Sequence record: MT612989.1
Direction: 5' to 3' (one strand)
Length of the DNA: 64,000 bases
Shown: one piece after another, positions 32,610-40,705 of the stretch
Layout of the letters: each line of letters starts with the position of its first letter
Numbering within the stretch: the stretch's first letter is position 1
Position numbers and translations under genes: made by a program
Notes under the pieces: generated by a model
Databases searched by the model: none
What the model was told of the DNA's origin: nothing
Seen by the model: only the letters and a program-made list of their open reading frames with translations

Positions 32610-33356
32610 ATGGCAATCGGTATTGACGTTAAAAAGTTCTTATCTCAGATCAATAAGAACGATTTAGCAAGACAAAACTTGTATGCGGTGCGTTTTGCAT
32701 CGCTGCAAGATACAGCAAAGCAGTTAATGAACACTGGTGAAACGTTCTCGAATGCTGCATCGACTAGAGTAAACGGTATCGGGGTTAAAGATGCATTAGC
32801 CTCGACTGCTGCGTTATTCGGTAGTGGGTTTGAATTCGAGCGAAACATCGGGATGATGGTTAAATCAGTAAATATACCTGGGTCATCATACGAAACAGAT
32901 ATTGATAGATCGAGAAGACGTCCGCATCATGTAATCAAAACGAAAACTGATGAAACGGTAACGATGTCGCTGTATCTTTCACCCTCACACCCTGAGCGTA
33001 AAATGCTATTAGGTTGGTTCAAACAGATTTATTCAAACGATTCTGCGCAAGTCGGGTTCTTCTCGAATTACGCACGCACTATCGAGATTTACACGTACGA
33101 CCGCAACGCGAACATGGTTACTATGACCAGTTTAAAAAATGCGTTTCCTATTCGAGTCGGTGGAGTTCAGTTGGGCTATGAAAATAGCAATGCAGTTGCC
33201 GAATTCGAGGTTGAATTTGTTTACGAAAGTGCAACGTACATGACTGAAGATTTATCTAGCACAATCGCAGACACGTTAGATATAACACAGAATTTCGAAA
33301 AAACATATAACAGCATTTACAATACTGCGGCAGAAACATTCCCAAACTTATTTTAA
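32610..33356 (+). CDS. gp54: Baseplate tail-tube initiator
   Basis: DLARQNLYAVRF, MVKSVNIPG, tube-like fold motifs, FEVEFVY. Confidence 0.75.
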   Translation: MAIGIDVKKFLSQINKNDLARQNLYAVRFASLQDTAKQLMNTGETFSNAASTRVNGIGVKDALASTAALFGSGFEFERNIGMMVKSVNIPGSSYETDIDRSRRRPHHVIKTKTDETVTMSLYLSPSHPERKMLLGWFKQIYSNDSAQVGFFSNYARTIEIYTYDRNANMVTMTSLKNAFPIRVGGVQLGYENSNAVAEFEVEFVYESATYMTEDLSSTIADTLDITQNFEKTYNSIYNTAAETFPNLF

Positions 33357-33368
33357 GGCAAAAATATC

Positions 33369-34217
33369 ATGACAAAACCATTTGATTTGAGCGTACTTGC
33401 TGCGCCTCAATATACTGTAAAACTACCATCTACTGGCGAAGAGATCAAGTTACGTGCCATGCTTGCAAAAGAGCATAAAACACTGTTGATCGCTAACGAA
33501 TCAGATGAAAAGGTTGATGCAATCGAGCAATGTCTTGAAAACTGTATTGTTTCAGACATCAAGATGGAAGACCTAACGGTTGGTGATGCTGAATACTTGT
33601 TCATGCACATGTATATGAACAGCAATGGCGTAACTGAAATTCAAGCGGAATACAACTGCTGTGCAGATAAGCCAGAAGAAGAACTCAAACAGCTAGACGC
33701 ACAAGAAGAAGCTGAACTTGAGAAATCTGCCGATGACTTGTTCGCAGAGATTGTTAATCAATCAAACGAAGAGGCAATCGAAGCAGTATTCGCACCTGAC
33801 AAGCGTCTATGCGGTGAACGAATCACGGCAAATATAGACCTAAACGCTGCGTTTGTGCCTGCATTCACTGGTGAAGATACAGTTCGTGTTAACAAACAAG
33901 TATTAATCAAACTCCAACACCCGAATATTCGCGTGTATGAGAACAACGACCCTAACACTCCTGAAGGTCTGTTCAATATTGCTGTTGAATCGATCAAAGA
34001 AGTTCACGTTGGTGATACTGTGTACAGCAAAGAAGAGCTTGCCGCACAAGGTCAGTTGATCAATATCATGGGTGAACTAGACACTGCTGCATTCAAGAAA
34101 GTTCAAACTTTCGTCGATGCAGTGCCGCGAATCACCACTTATGTTGACGTTAAATGTCCTAAGTGTGGTAACGCAGAGAAAGTAACTCTACGAGGCATCG
34201 AAGATTTTTTCGTATAA
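33369..34217 (+). CDS. gp26: Baseplate hub subunit
   Basis: KLPSTGEEIKLRAMLAKEHKTLL, CPKCG, LRGIEDFF. Confidence 0.85.
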   Translation: MTKPFDLSVLAAPQYTVKLPSTGEEIKLRAMLAKEHKTLLIANESDEKVDAIEQCLENCIVSDIKMEDLTVGDAEYLFMHMYMNSNGVTEIQAEYNCCADKPEEELKQLDAQEEAELEKSADDLFAEIVNQSNEEAIEAVFAPDKRLCGERITANIDLNAAFVPAFTGEDTVRVNKQVLIKLQHPNIRVYENNDPNTPEGLFNIAVESIKEVHVGDTVYSKEELAAQGQLINIMGELDTAAFKKVQTFVDAVPRITTYVDVKCPKCGNAEKVTLRGIEDFFV

Positions 34218-34384
34218 TGCTCGGTAGATACTCACTCGAAGAGTATTACAAAGAAAACTTTGCCATGATCACTCATGGCAATTTTTCGCTATACGATTTA
34301 GAGACAATGGTTCTATTCGAGCGCGAAATCTATGCCGCACAGCTTATACATCACATCAAAGAAAAGAATAAGGAACAACAATAA
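34217..34384 (+). CDS. gp51: Baseplate hub assembly protein (55 aa, not in ORF track)
   Basis: Manual translation MLGRYSLEEYYKENFAMITHGNFSLYDLETMVLFEREIYAAQL; coupled to 26 and 29. Confidence 0.8.
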   Translation: MLGRYSLEEYYKENFAMITHGNFSLYDLETMVLFEREIYAAQLIHHIKEKNKEQQ

Positions 34385-36357
34385 TGGCGGCTGATGAAAA
34401 AAAGATGAATGAGATAATCGGAAGATTAGATCATTTGATTCTCCAACAAGAAGACCGACCTGAAGTTTACACGATGCAGCGTGTGGCTCGTCATATCAAC
34501 AACATTGATATAACAACGTCAACGATGCTCGAAACAATGCAATCGGTCTTCAAAACTAACGAAAAGGCAGTTGCACAACAGAAAAATCTATTTCAGCGCG
34601 TCATTGAAAACTTCGAACAGACATCAAACAGAGTCCGCGCTTCGATTATATCACTAACTGATATCATCAAAACTACTTTAGATTTCAAAGGTCACTTGTC
34701 TAGAATTGATCGCGGTATTCAAGAGATGCGATTGACTGCAAAAATGCAGTTTGCTCGTATGCAGGAGGGGTTTACTCGATGGTTTGAACGACTGATCTTC
34801 AGAGTCAATGACATGAAGCGAATAATCGGGCTTCAGAAGACGACTGCCGACGATTTAAATAGTTTCTTGACGAACGGTGCGGGTAACAACTCTCCGCTTA
34901 CTGTGGGCTTTATAAGCGCGTTATACAAGAAGATATTTGCATATCAAGTCGTTACTGATACCCGTGCTCGTAAAACTGAGCAATTTCGTTACAAAGAAAA
35001 CATGAAAGTGCAACGCAATCAAGCGAGTGATCTACGTCGAATCGCGAATCACCTAACAGGCGAAAAGCTAGGATGGATTGCCAAGTTGTTTAGACTAGTT
35101 GGTGTAGGTCTAGTAATGCTAGGCGGTCAATTAGTAACGTTTTCAACATCTATGGCAGCGGCTGCATCAACGGCTAGTAAATTTGGTAAACTAGGTCGAA
35201 TCGCTTCAAGCATTCTCTTAGGGTTTGGTAAGTTTAGCCAAGGGACGGGTAAAATCGTTCAAGAACTTGCAACTGACATGAGAGGCACGGTCAAAAAATG
35301 GATGTGGGCAGTTGTTCGTCAAACATTCTTAGGACTAGGTCGTATGATTTCAATCATGTTAAACCCAATCGCATTAGCTGGTATGCTTGCGGGTTATGGC
35401 ATTTACAAGTTATTTGAAGAAGAAATCGACCGAATCTTCGTTGCATTGAAGAGTATTTTCAGCGACCCCGAAAAACGGGAAATGTTGTTTAATATAGTGT
35501 CGAACTGGTTTAGCGATATGGTTCGAGGTATCGGAGAATGGTTCGGTATTGTCAGTGACAATATTCAAGAAGCAGTACCCGAAGGTGCAGTTGATGGAAT
35601 TGTATCTGGCTTCAATGCAGTGACATCTTTCGTTAAGAAAGCTTTCCGAATGTACGTTAATGCAATTAACAAAATCATAGCTGGTTGGTTATCAATTCCT
35701 GATTCGTTTAGATTGCTTATGTTAGCAATAGATGACTTGATGTTAAACGTTAAATCATTTGTAGTTGATGCATTAAATGCATTACCAGACTGGATGCGTT
35801 CAGAAGGCATGGACAAGTTCATAGCAGATGCTGACATTGAAGGTAAAAGAGCGAAACTAGATGCTGACAAAGCTGAAGTTCGTGAAAGACTCAATGCGCG
35901 TTATCAAACAGACTATCTAGGCAAAGCTGGGGATATGATCGTTGATGGGGCTAAGAATACAGCACAAGCGGTTATAGACGGTGCTAAGAACGCTGCTGAT
36001 GCTATCAAAGACCCTGCTAAGAATTTAGCAACGTCTGCCGAATCTCTTGACAAGTTCTTGCAAGCTGAAGTCGAGAAGAAGCAAATAGCAGAAGACGCAA
36101 TTGTAGCGGCTGAACGTCAACGTATGATCAATGAGGGGATCATTAAGCCAATGCAAGAAGTTAAGCGTTCAATCATCTTAGAAGCTGTCGCAGCGCGAGA
36201 AGCAGCATTTCGAGCAGCACAGCAAACGAAAGAGGTTGGAACTAACTTCGTGAACAATGCGGTCAATTCAGTTCAGAATACAACGAACTTCAATAGACCG
36301 TTAAGCGTAAACAGTGAAGCGAAAGTGCCTTCACCAAATAGAAGAACGGTGAATTAA
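34384..36357 (+). CDS. gp29: Probable tail length tape measure / hub protein
   Basis: 657 aa helical with central hydrophobic segments, after gene 51. Confidence 0.65.
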   Translation: MAADEKKMNEIIGRLDHLILQQEDRPEVYTMQRVARHINNIDITTSTMLETMQSVFKTNEKAVAQQKNLFQRVIENFEQTSNRVRASIISLTDIIKTTLDFKGHLSRIDRGIQEMRLTAKMQFARMQEGFTRWFERLIFRVNDMKRIIGLQKTTADDLNSFLTNGAGNNSPLTVGFISALYKKIFAYQVVTDTRARKTEQFRYKENMKVQRNQASDLRRIANHLTGEKLGWIAKLFRLVGVGLVMLGGQLVTFSTSMAAAASTASKFGKLGRIASSILLGFGKFSQGTGKIVQELATDMRGTVKKWMWAVVRQTFLGLGRMISIMLNPIALAGMLAGYGIYKLFEEEIDRIFVALKSIFSDPEKREMLFNIVSNWFSDMVRGIGEWFGIVSDNIQEAVPEGAVDGIVSGFNAVTSFVKKAFRMYVNAINKIIAGWLSIPDSFRLLMLAIDDLMLNVKSFVVDALNALPDWMRSEGMDKFIADADIEGKRAKLDADKAEVRERLNARYQTDYLGKAGDMIVDGAKNTAQAVIDGAKNAADAIKDPAKNLATSAESLDKFLQAEVEKKQIAEDAIVAAERQRMINEGIIKPMQEVKRSIILEAVAAREAAFRAAQQTKEVGTNFVNNAVNSVQNTTNFNRPLSVNSEAKVPSPNRRTVN

Positions 36358-36893
36358 TGAAAAACTTAACGATGAAGAATAATTTCCGAATCGACATCCC
36401 TGATAATAACGCAACTCAAACGTTCCAGTGGCAGATACAAACTGCCACTATCCCGAGTGTTACGATGGAAATTGCAAGCATTACTCGTGGTCCGAAGTAT
36501 GCCAAACTAGCAAATAACCATGTTGCAGGTTCTGGTACATCATATGACGATCTTTCGATTCAATTTCTAGTCGATGAAGAAATGCGGACGTATGCCGAGC
36601 TGTATAGATGGTTGATCACAATGAATAACCCAACAGGTGCTAGTACAAGTGACGGGATTGTTCCAGTTACTATGCTTCTACATGTTCTAGACAACAACAA
36701 AGATAAAATTGTAGCAACATATCGTTTTGTCAATGCATTTCCAAAGTCACTCAGTGCTGTAGAATGGAACTATACTGAATCTGGTGATGTTGAAGTCGTA
36801 ACTTGTGATGTCGAGTTTGAATATTCATATTTTGAAATGATTCATAAAGTCGATGGCAAAGAAGAAGTAATAACACCCTATATGGGTTCATAG
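36357..36893 (+). CDS. gp3: Tail completion/tube terminator
   Basis: ATIPSV, YDDLSIQFLVDEEMRTYAELYRW, LHVLDNNK, FPKSLS. Confidence 0.88.
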   Translation: MKNLTMKNNFRIDIPDNNATQTFQWQIQTATIPSVTMEIASITRGPKYAKLANNHVAGSGTSYDDLSIQFLVDEEMRTYAELYRWLITMNNPTGASTSDGIVPVTMLLHVLDNNKDKIVATYRFVNAFPKSLSAVEWNYTESGDVEVVTCDVEFEYSYFEMIHKVDGKEEVITPYMGS

Positions 36894-36902
36894 AAAGCAA
36901 TT

Positions 36903-36925
36903 AAGCCCCTTACGGGGCTTTTTTT
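36903..36925 (+). terminator. Terminator after gene 3
   Basis: AAGCCCC TTAC GGGGCTT TTTTT. Confidence 0.85.
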
Positions 36926-36962
36926 GTATCTGAATCTAGAGCGAAGCGGCAGAATTTGGTGT

Positions 36963-37040
36963 GAGGCCCAAAAATTGGGCATCATCTTAGTAGTATTAGT
37001 AGTTTTAGTGAAGTTAGAGGTATTAGTAATATTAGAGAAT
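36963..37040 (+). repeat. Hairpin plus six tandem 9-bp TTAG-core repeats (copy 2)
   Basis: GAGGCCCAAAAATTGGGCATC then TTAGTAGTA TTAGTAGTT TTAGTGAAG TTAGAGGTA TTAGTAATA TTAGAGAAT. Confidence 0.85.
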
Positions 37041-37123
37041 AGGCACCTTGTCGCATTGTTTAGAAATCACCAGATCTGTCGTATAATCGTGAGACGAAAC
37101 ACACTATTAATAGGTAACTCATT

Positions 37124-37768
37124 ATGATTATAGGAATCAATGGACAAAAGCGTTCAGGGAAAGATACCCTTGCTGCTGCCATTAAAAAATCTCATAGTGA
37201 TAGCACTTACATTTACAAATTTGCCGACCCGATTAAAGAAGGGTTGTTCATTGGGTTAAAAGAATATGGCTATGATTATGCAGACATAGACGGTCAAACA
37301 GATTGTGACCGCGAAGTTCCAGTATTTACGTTAGACGAAGCAATTGAACTTGTATTGAAGTGCTGTGACTACGCAAACGTAGATGCTGATTATGATTACG
37401 TATACTTTACTCTACTTCCACACACTGGTCTTTTTAGTATTCGAGATCTCTTACAAATGACAGGTACTGATGTTGCACGTTCTCTTAACGATCAGCATTG
37501 GATCAATTATGCACGTGATAAATACAATCAGTTAGTGTTTAACAACCCCGACTTGCTCTTTATAATTACTGATGTTCGTTTTGAAAACGAAATGAATTTA
37601 GTATATGAGCTTGGTGGCACGATGTTACAAGTTAACCGAGAAGGTTCTCTGGCATCTAATCACATTAGCGATACCGAATTGGGTTTTATTGAAGACGCTA
37701 TTCAAATAGACAATAACGGTTCTCTTGAAGAACTGTATGAACAAATTGATAATTTAAATTTAAGGTGA
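37124..37768 (+). CDS. gp1: Deoxynucleoside monophosphate kinase
   Basis: GINGQKRSGKDT P-loop, RDLLQMTGTD, ITDVRFENE, NHISD. Confidence 0.93.
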   Translation: MIIGINGQKRSGKDTLAAAIKKSHSDSTYIYKFADPIKEGLFIGLKEYGYDYADIDGQTDCDREVPVFTLDEAIELVLKCCDYANVDADYDYVYFTLLPHTGLFSIRDLLQMTGTDVARSLNDQHWINYARDKYNQLVFNNPDLLFIITDVRFENEMNLVYELGGTMLQVNREGSLASNHISDTELGFIEDAIQIDNNGSLEELYEQIDNLNLR

Positions 37769-37772
37769 AAAC

Positions 37773-38039
37773 ATGTCACAACAAACTGCTGAACAAGTAA
37801 TCGAACAGAAAGACGCACAAATCAAAGATCTTAAAGTGCGTACCTTTGACCTACAAGAGACTCTTCAAGAAGAGCGCAATTCTTTTGGTCAGTTCGTGGG
37901 TGTACTAGCTCAACTACTCGATTTCGATCAGACGCAAGCAAGTTCTCTACAGAACTACGTTGACGAAATCGCAATTCTAACCGGTAAAGCTGAACGTCCT
38001 GCTGAAGGCGACGGCGAACAAGAAAAAGACGCTGAATAA
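37773..38039 (+). CDS. gp57A: Tail fibre assembly chaperone
   Basis: 88 aa coiled coil, LKVRTFDLQE; beside genes 1 and 57B. Confidence 0.75.
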   Translation: MSQQTAEQVIEQKDAQIKDLKVRTFDLQETLQEERNSFGQFVGVLAQLLDFDQTQASSLQNYVDEIAILTGKAERPAEGDGEQEKDAE

Positions 38040-38494
38040 TGAAACTATCTAAGTTCCTTGAAAGTCAGGGAACTTACGTTGGTATTAGATTAGACGAGGC
38101 GAGTAAGCAAGAGTTAGTTCGATTGCAGAAAACGCTTCGTCTAAAAAATCCGTTAGAACCAGATAAATTTCACGTGACTGTGCTTTATAGTCGTAAGCAA
38201 ATTGATGTACCTGTTGTCGATACCACTTTCGTTGCTACTGTTGAACATATCGACTGTTGGAAAACGCAAGACGGCAAATATGCAGTTGTTGCTAAGATGG
38301 TATGTCCAGAACTTGTAGAACGTCACGATGATCTTATCTCTATCGGTGGTACTCACGACTACCCTGACTATACCCCTCACGTTACGTTGTCTTATGACGA
38401 CGCGATCACACCTATGCCCGTCAACGCTGAAGTTCGGCTTGTTGATGAATATCTTGAACCACTTGATTTAAATTGGGTTGATAGTAATGACTGA
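38039..38494 (+). CDS. gp57B: 2H phosphoesterase, gp57B/Acb1 anti-CBASS nuclease family
   Basis: Two HxT motifs (FHVTVLYSR, PHVTLSY), GGTHDYPDYTPH, syntenic with 57A. Confidence 0.88.
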   Translation: MKLSKFLESQGTYVGIRLDEASKQELVRLQKTLRLKNPLEPDKFHVTVLYSRKQIDVPVVDTTFVATVEHIDCWKTQDGKYAVVAKMVCPELVERHDDLISIGGTHDYPDYTPHVTLSYDDAITPMPVNAEVRLVDEYLEPLDLNWVDSND

Positions 38495-38741
38495 TTTATC
38501 TACTGAAGCAGTATTAAAGAAGTACAATGAAGCTCCCGAAACTCTAACTACTGAAGAGAACGTTGTATTATTGACGTATATCATCGGTATGCAGACCGAT
38601 CAGATTGCTTTACTTAAAGAGAACAACAAACTTTACGATAAAGCTATCACTGAGCTTCAACAAGCTGTATCTCAGCTTCAAATCAAGCACGCTGCGCTTG
38701 AACGAGGTGAGACAGAAAGCGGTATCATTCTTTCAGTATAA
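38487..38741 (+). CDS. Hypothetical coiled-coil protein
   Basis: 84 aa from ATG 38487, overlaps 57B stop. Confidence 0.7.
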   Translation: MTDLSTEAVLKKYNEAPETLTTEENVVLLTYIIGMQTDQIALLKENNKLYDKAITELQQAVSQLQIKHAALERGETESGIILSV

Positions 38742-38758
38742 AAACTTTCAAAAAGTTG

Positions 38759-38879
38759 TTGACTTATTCTGAAAAGCATGTAGAATGTATTTCATCGAGT
38801 CGAGAGACAGAACACAAACTTTCAACTCGATGAAATATTTGAAAAAAGTTGTTGACTTACACTGAAATGATGTTAAGAT
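38759..38879 (+). promoter_or_regulatory. Two tandem early promoters heading the tRNA/ncRNA cluster
   Basis: AAAAAGTTG-TTGACT..TAGAAT (38759-38786) and AAAAAAGTTG-TTGACT..TAAGAT (38852-38879), with A-tract UP elements. Confidence 0.8.
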
Positions 38880-38887
38880 TAACACAG

Positions 38888-38996
38888 TTGATTAAGCGAG
38901 CTAAGTTCATCGTTCTCGCCTCTTATTGAAGATGAACAATATTGATTAAGCAGACTAAACTCATCGTTTCTGCCTCTTCTCTGAAGATGAGTAATA
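38888..38996 (+). ncRNA. Two tandem H-type pseudoknot units
   Basis: 54/55-nt repeats; P1 GCGAG/CTCGC vs GCAGA/TCTGC, P2 GTTCATC/GATGAAC vs ACTCATC/GATGAGT. Confidence 0.7.
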
Positions 38997-39144
38997 TTTT
39001 AAATGTGCGTTAGCCGCAATGAATACATGGAGCCAGTATACGTTCTGGCGTGCAGGGATACTCTTAGCGGACGAATTCTCAATCAAAAACTAGCTGAGTT
39101 AAAATTCGCTCAGTCGGCGTGCAAGTAGCGCACATTTAAAATAT
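38994..39144 (+). ncRNA. Structured RNA closed by 16-bp stem
   Basis: ATATTTTAAATGTGCG/CGCACATTTAAAATAT; internal GCCAG/CTGGC hairpin; no ORF. Confidence 0.6.
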
Positions 39145-39159
39145 CGAGAGTACATTGGT

Positions 39160-39282
39160 CGAGTGTTGGTGTAGTGGCAGCACACGTAGCATACTGTAAT
39201 CAGACATGATTATATTCAGCAACCAATTTACGCATATCATAGGGAGATCGTGGGAACGGTTCGATTCCGTTACACTCGACCA
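39160..39282 (+). ncRNA. tRNA-like RNA A with enlarged anticodon arm carrying the CWGCA motif
   Basis: Acceptor CGAGTGT/ACACTCG-A-CCA, D arm, T arm AACGG-TTCGATT-CCGTT; motif G39208, CAGCAA 39217. Confidence 0.8.
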
Positions 39283-39315
39283 ATGTACTCTCACTAACAA
39301 AGCGAGGTGGACAAT

Positions 39316-39471
39316 TTGATTGTATATCTTCTCGCACTAGTATTCATCGTCCTCTTTGCCTTGGACATTGAAGAAGAAAAGGTGCGCATTCATACTTTTG
39401 CGCTAATCACATGCGAACGGGTCATTCATCCCGTAATTAAAGCGCACGATTCCAGATTGTGTTTTGATTAG
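39316..39471 (+). CDS. Possible small membrane protein (51 aa, TTG start)
   Basis: GAGG RBS, N-terminal hydrophobic run LIVYLLALVFIVLFAL. Confidence 0.4.
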   Translation: MIVYLLALVFIVLFALDIEEEKVRIHTFALITCERVIHPVIKAHDSRLCFD

Positions 39472-39541
39472 CTAAGGCAAATATAACTAGAGGATTTTTG
39501 GTGCTTGTGGTTAATCACAAGCACTCTCAAGAACATATTGA

Positions 39542-39663
39542 GCAGGGTTGGTGTAGTGGCTAGCACACGTAGCATAAACGCAAGCTGTTAAGTTTGTATT
39601 CTGCAATCAATTTAGCATATCATTTCCAAGATCGTGACGCAGGTTCGAATCCTGCACCCTGCT
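39542..39663 (+). ncRNA. tRNA-like RNA B (paralogue of A)
   Basis: Acceptor GCAGGGT/ACCCTGC, T arm GCAGG-TTCGAAT-CCTGC, no encoded CCA; motif G39592, CTGCAA 39601. Confidence 0.8.
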
Positions 39664-39681
39664 CAATATGTTTTTACATTG

Positions 39682-39794
39682 GTGAAGTTAGTTCAGTTGG
39701 TTAGAATGCCGGCCAAAAAAACGAAGTCTGATAAGATTTCATTCTGCATTCACATGCACGCCGGAGGTCGCAGGTTCGAGTCCTGCACTTCACC
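39682..39794 (+). ncRNA. tRNA-like RNA C (tRNA-Asp-like body, anticodon replaced by motif insert)
   Basis: GTTCAGTTGGTTAGAATGCCGGCC...CACGCCGGAGGTCGCAGGTTCGAGTCC; motif G39735, CTGCAT 39744. Confidence 0.8.
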
Positions 39795-39804
39795 TTCAAA
39801 TTCT

Positions 39805-39929
39805 GGAGAGTTAGCTCAGTCTGGTAGAGCAAAAGAATGTTAAAGAATACTGACAAGCATTCATGCTGCAAACCTTAATAACTAGGTAAATCTTTTTGTC
39901 ACGTGGTTCAAATCCCGTACTCTCCACCA
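39805..39929 (+). ncRNA. tRNA-like RNA D with motif insert
   Basis: GGAGAGT/ACTCTCC-A-CCA, canonical D arm, AAAGA/TCTTT stem; motif G39857, CTGCAA 39866. Confidence 0.8.
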
Positions 39930-39943
39930 ATTTTCGAGGGTTT

Positions 39944-40312
39944 ATGAATAAGTTTAATGACATAAATGACGAACTTGATTGTATATTGCATCGTTGTGAG
40001 ATTGTAAAGCGCAATCTTCGAAAATATTGTACATTTGCTGTTGAAATGCAGTATAGACTTATGATAAACTTCATTGGCATGGGTTGCTATCAACAAGTTC
40101 TGCCGATATTAGACAATCTAAATTATCACCCTGATACAAGTCAGTTTGATAATATTGAGATTATGCAAACTATAAAAGAATTGATGAAATGTGCAGATAA
40201 GCTCGATTTGCTGCATCAACAAGACGCATTTCATCAAATTAAATCGACTGCTCGTATTACAGAAGAAGCAAACATCTTCGCTGCGAAAGTTGGTCGATTT
40301 CTAGAGAAATGA
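39944..40312 (+). CDS. Hypothetical protein (122 aa)
   Basis: GAGGG RBS and ATG 39944; the longer track ORF overlaps RNA D. Confidence 0.75.
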   Translation: MNKFNDINDELDCILHRCEIVKRNLRKYCTFAVEMQYRLMINFIGMGCYQQVLPILDNLNYHPDTSQFDNIEIMQTIKELMKCADKLDLLHQQDAFHQIKSTARITEEANIFAAKVGRFLEK

Positions 40313-40313
40313 T

Positions 40314-40391
40314 GGCCCTATAGCTCAACACGGTTAGAGCAACCGACTCATAATCGGTAGGTTACAGGTTCGAGTCCTGTTGGGGTCACCA
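40314..40391 (+). tRNA. tRNA CAT, Ile2-like (or Met)
   Basis: Cloverleaf, loop CTCATAA, GGCCC acceptor resembling ileX, CCA. Confidence 0.85.
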
Positions 40392-40411
40392 AAATAAATT
40401 GAAAAAAGTTG

Positions 40412-40440
40412 TTGACAGACGTTTCATCAACGTGTAGTAT
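40412..40440 (+). promoter_or_regulatory. Early promoter
   Basis: A tract, TTGACA-17-TAGTAT. Confidence 0.8.
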
Positions 40441-40470
40441 ACACATTATCAACTACACGAGGAAAACATT

Positions 40471-40701
40471 ATGTCACATAAATTGCTAGTTATCACATCA
40501 ATGCACGGTTGCTACGTCGATTACGATTTCAGAACTGAAATGTTTGACAGATACATGTGTGATGTTGTGATTCCGAACGACTCTGTTGTTTTGTACTCGG
40601 GTACAGTTTCAATAGATGAAATTCGAGCAGTTGCGAACGAATGTTACGCTGACATCAAGATTGAAGAAGTCAGTGATGATGTTTTTGACAGCTATCTTTA
40701 A
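40471..40701 (+). CDS. Hypothetical protein (76 aa)
   Basis: GAGG RBS, downstream of promoter. Confidence 0.75.
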   Translation: MSHKLLVITSMHGCYVDYDFRTEMFDRYMCDVVIPNDSVVLYSGTVSIDEIRAVANECYADIKIEEVSDDVFDSYL

Positions 40702-40705
40702 AAAT

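Noticed and set aside
38888-38996. Pseudoknots as hammerhead, HDV/theta, twister or pistol ribozymes
   Set aside because: No CUGANGA/GAAA core, no P3/L3 between P2 and P1', no twister or pistol consensus that I could fit; left unassigned.
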